Assembly: GCA_047495785.1 (NCBI GenBank) | Contig: JBLDXI010000032.1 | Coordinates: forward strand, 3,658,001 to 3,722,000 | Reading direction: 5' to 3' | DNA from: Lepidodermella squamata | Lineage: Eukaryota > Animalia > Gastrotricha | Length of the DNA: 64,000 nt | In this document: positions 60,905 through 64,000 of the stretch, piece by piece | Numbering within the stretch: the stretch's first letter is position 1 | Layout: the number at the start of each line of letters is the position of its first letter | Position numbers and translations under genes: made by a program | The notes under the pieces: model-generated | Told to the model about the DNA's origin: nothing | The model's database searches: none | Seen by the model: only the letters and a program-made list of their open reading frames with translations

Positions 60905-62666
60905 ATGGCAAACCACGGAAAAGATTTTAAAGATAAAGTGGCGTCATTGTTCTCTTTGCTGCGAAGAAACAAGTCAAAAGACGACTACGAGGTTACTGAA
61001 CATTCCATGGATGCCGAAAAACTACTTCAAAGCCTGCCGCGCTTCAACGCCCTGCAAATCACGGCTATAGCCTGCGTCGGGTTCATCTGTTTCCGAGGAC
61101 CTTGGACAATATTTAGTATCTCATTCATCTCGGACGAAAGTATTAGCTATACTTGTAAACAGCCTAATTACGTGAGTTGATCTTCAATTTCTTAAATGAT
61201 ATGAAACTTATCTTGTTTAGACTGGACAATTTAATTTGACTCAATGTGAGGTCATTGACTTGAGTCGGAATAACTCCAAATACTCTTGCTCAGCTTGGGA
61301 CTATCAAAATATATCGATTGAGCTGTCAACCGTGTCGCAATGGGATCTCGTTTGCGATCGGAAATACCTCGTAACGCTTGAACAAACCCTATACGTTGCA
61401 GCTCAGATGATTGGAGCGTTGTTTCTCGCACCTCTTTCCGACCGTTTCGGCCGCCGGCCGGCCATAATTGTCGGATTTTTGATTCACTTAGTCTTGTCTG
61501 TCGCGCTCATGTTCTCGTTTAGTTTCTACATGTTCATTCCCGTGCGGTTCCTTATGGGAATGGTCAATCAGATGATTGTAACCTCTTCGTTCGTCCTCAT
61601 GGCCGAGTGGTTTTCCGATAGATGGCGAACCATAGGGTCGACATCAATAATGTGCTTTTGGGTCCTCGGTATCATGGCATTACCAGTTTTTCCGTACTTT
61701 ATAAAAAACTGGCGAGGTCTTGTTTTGGCTTACATGGTCGTACCTGATTGCGTCGTGTTTATCCTTTTCTTTTTGCTACCCGAATCATTCTTCTTCCTCG
61801 TCGCGAATGGACGATATATCGAGGTGGAAAAGTATTTGCGGCGCGTGAAATGGTCTTCTAAGCAAAGTGAGCTTGGAAGTTCTACGATGGAAATAGCCCG
61901 CCGCGCATCTAACATCGACAGTGCCTCCCTTCAAAAAATTAAGGAAGAAGCGCAAAGTTCAATGCGCAGCGCTATAAAGGGGATATTTACTAGTCCAAAA
62001 ATGTTGATTTATTCGCTAACTTTATTCTGGCTCTCACTGTCCCTGAATCTAATCTACTACGTCGCAACGTTGCAAACCAGCTCAGTATCCGGGGACGTTT
62101 ACTTGAATTATATCCTCACATCAGCCATTGAATTACCATTCGTTTTGGCGTCCATGGTTGGAGCGAAATTTCTTCCCCGTACCGTTTTGTTGTTTCTGTT
62201 GTACGCCATTTCTTGTTCGGGTTTGTTAGTGTACAGTTTAACCAATTTCTCGATAGCCGCCTTTATTGGTCGCGGTGCGATTTCGGGCGGTTATATCGTT
62301 CAAATTTTATACGCGACTGAAATGTTCCCGACAATCGTGCGTAATGCTGGCTTGGGTTTTTACCAAGTCGCTGAAAATCTAGGTCCTGTGCTCGGAACTC
62401 CGATAATTGCGCTTCCTTGGGCCGAGAGCGGCGTAGCGAGTTTATACTTCACGTTCGGGGCGATTGCCCTATTCAACACGTTCATTTACATGCTGCTACC
62501 TGAGACTCGGGGGCACTCTTTGCCCGAAACAGTGGAAGAGATCGAAAAGCGTAGCGCGTTTTCGTTCTGGCGTTACATCACTTGCCGATTGTCGTGGTTT
62601 GATAACCCAGCGCCCGAGAAGTCCGTTAACGCCGAAAAAGAGTTAACTCAAGATGCTTATTTGTAA
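60905..62666 (+). CDS. SLC22-family organic cation/anion transporter (intron 61172-61220)
   Basis: STVSQWDLVCDR, LSDRFGRRP, LPESF, YATEMFPTIVRN and LPETRG, with MFS hydrophobic spans. Confidence 0.93.
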
Positions 62667-63352
62667 ATTCGTTTTCTTGAAAATAGTTGTCTAGTGAATT
62701 TCATTGTTTATTCCTCGTTCGGTTTGACCGTTTCTTTACGACATAACAATTCTCATCACTTTGTGCCTGATTACTCACTACTGATGATGAATTGCTCGCA
62801 TCCACAAAACTATTTGTGTTTAAATTTGTATGTTAGTTTATGTATAGCTACGGCAAGTGTGCTTTCACGGTAGATGAGCAGAAAAATTCCTGCGCCGAAG
62901 TTCCTATTATTTTTTATGTACCACCTCGTTTATATCGAGGACTCGCGATTGAAAGGTTGTTACTTCCCTGTTGTGCTGAGACATCTTTTTGCCATTGAGT
63001 TAATTCAGCTGATTTTGTGCTATATGCCACCTAATTCATCCTCGAAACGCCCCTTATAATCATTGTTTAATCTACCAAAAAGTAGTTTATAAATTTATCT
63101 TCATAAAATAAAGCAGTTGAAGGTTCACGTGATTATTTTATCACAGGAAACAGGTTGAGAATGTTATCAGTTATCAATATTGATATTAACACGGTAGATG
63201 AATTTATCAAAGCTGTAAATACAACATGACATGATATACAACGTTATAAGATACTATTCATGCAACACATTTATATGAACTGCATTTGTTTCGTAGGAAA
63301 TATGATATAGCGGCATTTAAAGTTTTTTTTTTTACAATTTTCGTGAACGGCC

Positions 63353-64000
63353 ATGAGCAAAGTCGAGGCGAAATTCGATGAGCTGCCTGTTTTCAATCGC
63401 TACACCACTATCGTAGTACTTGCTGTCGGTTTCCTCTGCTTTCGTGGCAGCCTTCAGTTATATGGCATCAGTTTTATCGCTCACCAAGTGCCTTATTCAT
63501 GTATTTCATCTCAAAATCAGGTATTCAATTTGCATTTGATACATTATCGAATATGACTTTGTGATTCAAGACAGGTGAACCTTTCAGCTGCTCAGTGGTT
63601 AACGCGACAAATGAAACTTCGCAATGTACCACTTGGGATTACGGCGAATACTCCACATCCCATTCTATTGCCACGTCTTGGGATTTGGTTTGCGAGTTTT
63701 CCTATCTAATCGCTTTGGATCAATCGGTTTACTTGGCGGGTCAAATGTTGGGTGGAATTTTTCTCACCCCGTTTTCAGACCATTACGGCCGTCGACCGAT
63801 TATCATTTATGGATTAATATGCCAATTAGTTTTTGAAATTGCTCTACTATTCTCGGTCAACGTTTCTATGTTCATAATTGTCCGTTTTATGGTCGGCTCT
63901 CTCAAGCAAACCGTCGAAACTTCCTCATACACGCTCATGGCCGAATGGTTTTCGTCGAAATATCGAACAATCGTTAGCAATTCGGTTCTATTAACATTTT
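63353..64000 (+). CDS. Second SLC22-family transporter, tandem paralog, truncated by window end (intron 63521-63570)
   Basis: Exon 1 parallels the upstream gene (VGFLCFRG versus VGFICFRG). Exon 2 reads CTTWDY...IATSWDLVC...FSDHYGRRP...LMAEWFS. Confidence 0.88.

Noticed and set aside
1-64000. CRISPR arrays, tRNA/rRNA genes, SL RNA gene, alternative genetic code
   Set aside because: No repeat-spacer array or recognisable RNA gene was seen by eye. Conserved proteins translate normally, and apparent stops are explained by introns.

Overview
Compact, gene-dense metazoan (invertebrate) nuclear DNA. It uses the standard code and mostly ~45-60 bp GT-AG introns; I cannot assign the species. About 18 host protein genes are present: MAO-like amine oxidase, an SDR, CHPF-like (with a nested same-strand ORF), TBC1D16, haspin, a PAR-type bZIP, a long coiled-coil protein, a catalytically dead trypsin-fold protein, a stripped-down UPF1-like helicase, HEATR6, a large SxIP-motif disordered protein, TRMT44, mitochondrial-type AlaRS and TrpRS, RPS6 with a ~96-aa Ala/Pro/Lys tail, and two tandem SLC22 transporters. 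Mobile DNA comprises a decayed PHD-finger LINE ORF1, an internally deleted Mutator element with TIRs and an 8-bp TSD, a non-autonomous Mutator-like element, a hAT-type MITE and a small inverted-repeat element. The most striking signal is operon-like organisation. WARS2-AARS2-TRMT44, three tRNA-acting genes, are co-oriented with only 83-bp and 32-bp spacers, each ending in an unpaired splice acceptor at the next ATG. Haspin-TBC1D16 and bZIP-coiled-coil show similar junctions. This suggests polycistronic transcription resolved by spliced-leader trans-splicing. All family assignments come from motif recognition by eye, not database searches, and exon boundaries were inferred manually.
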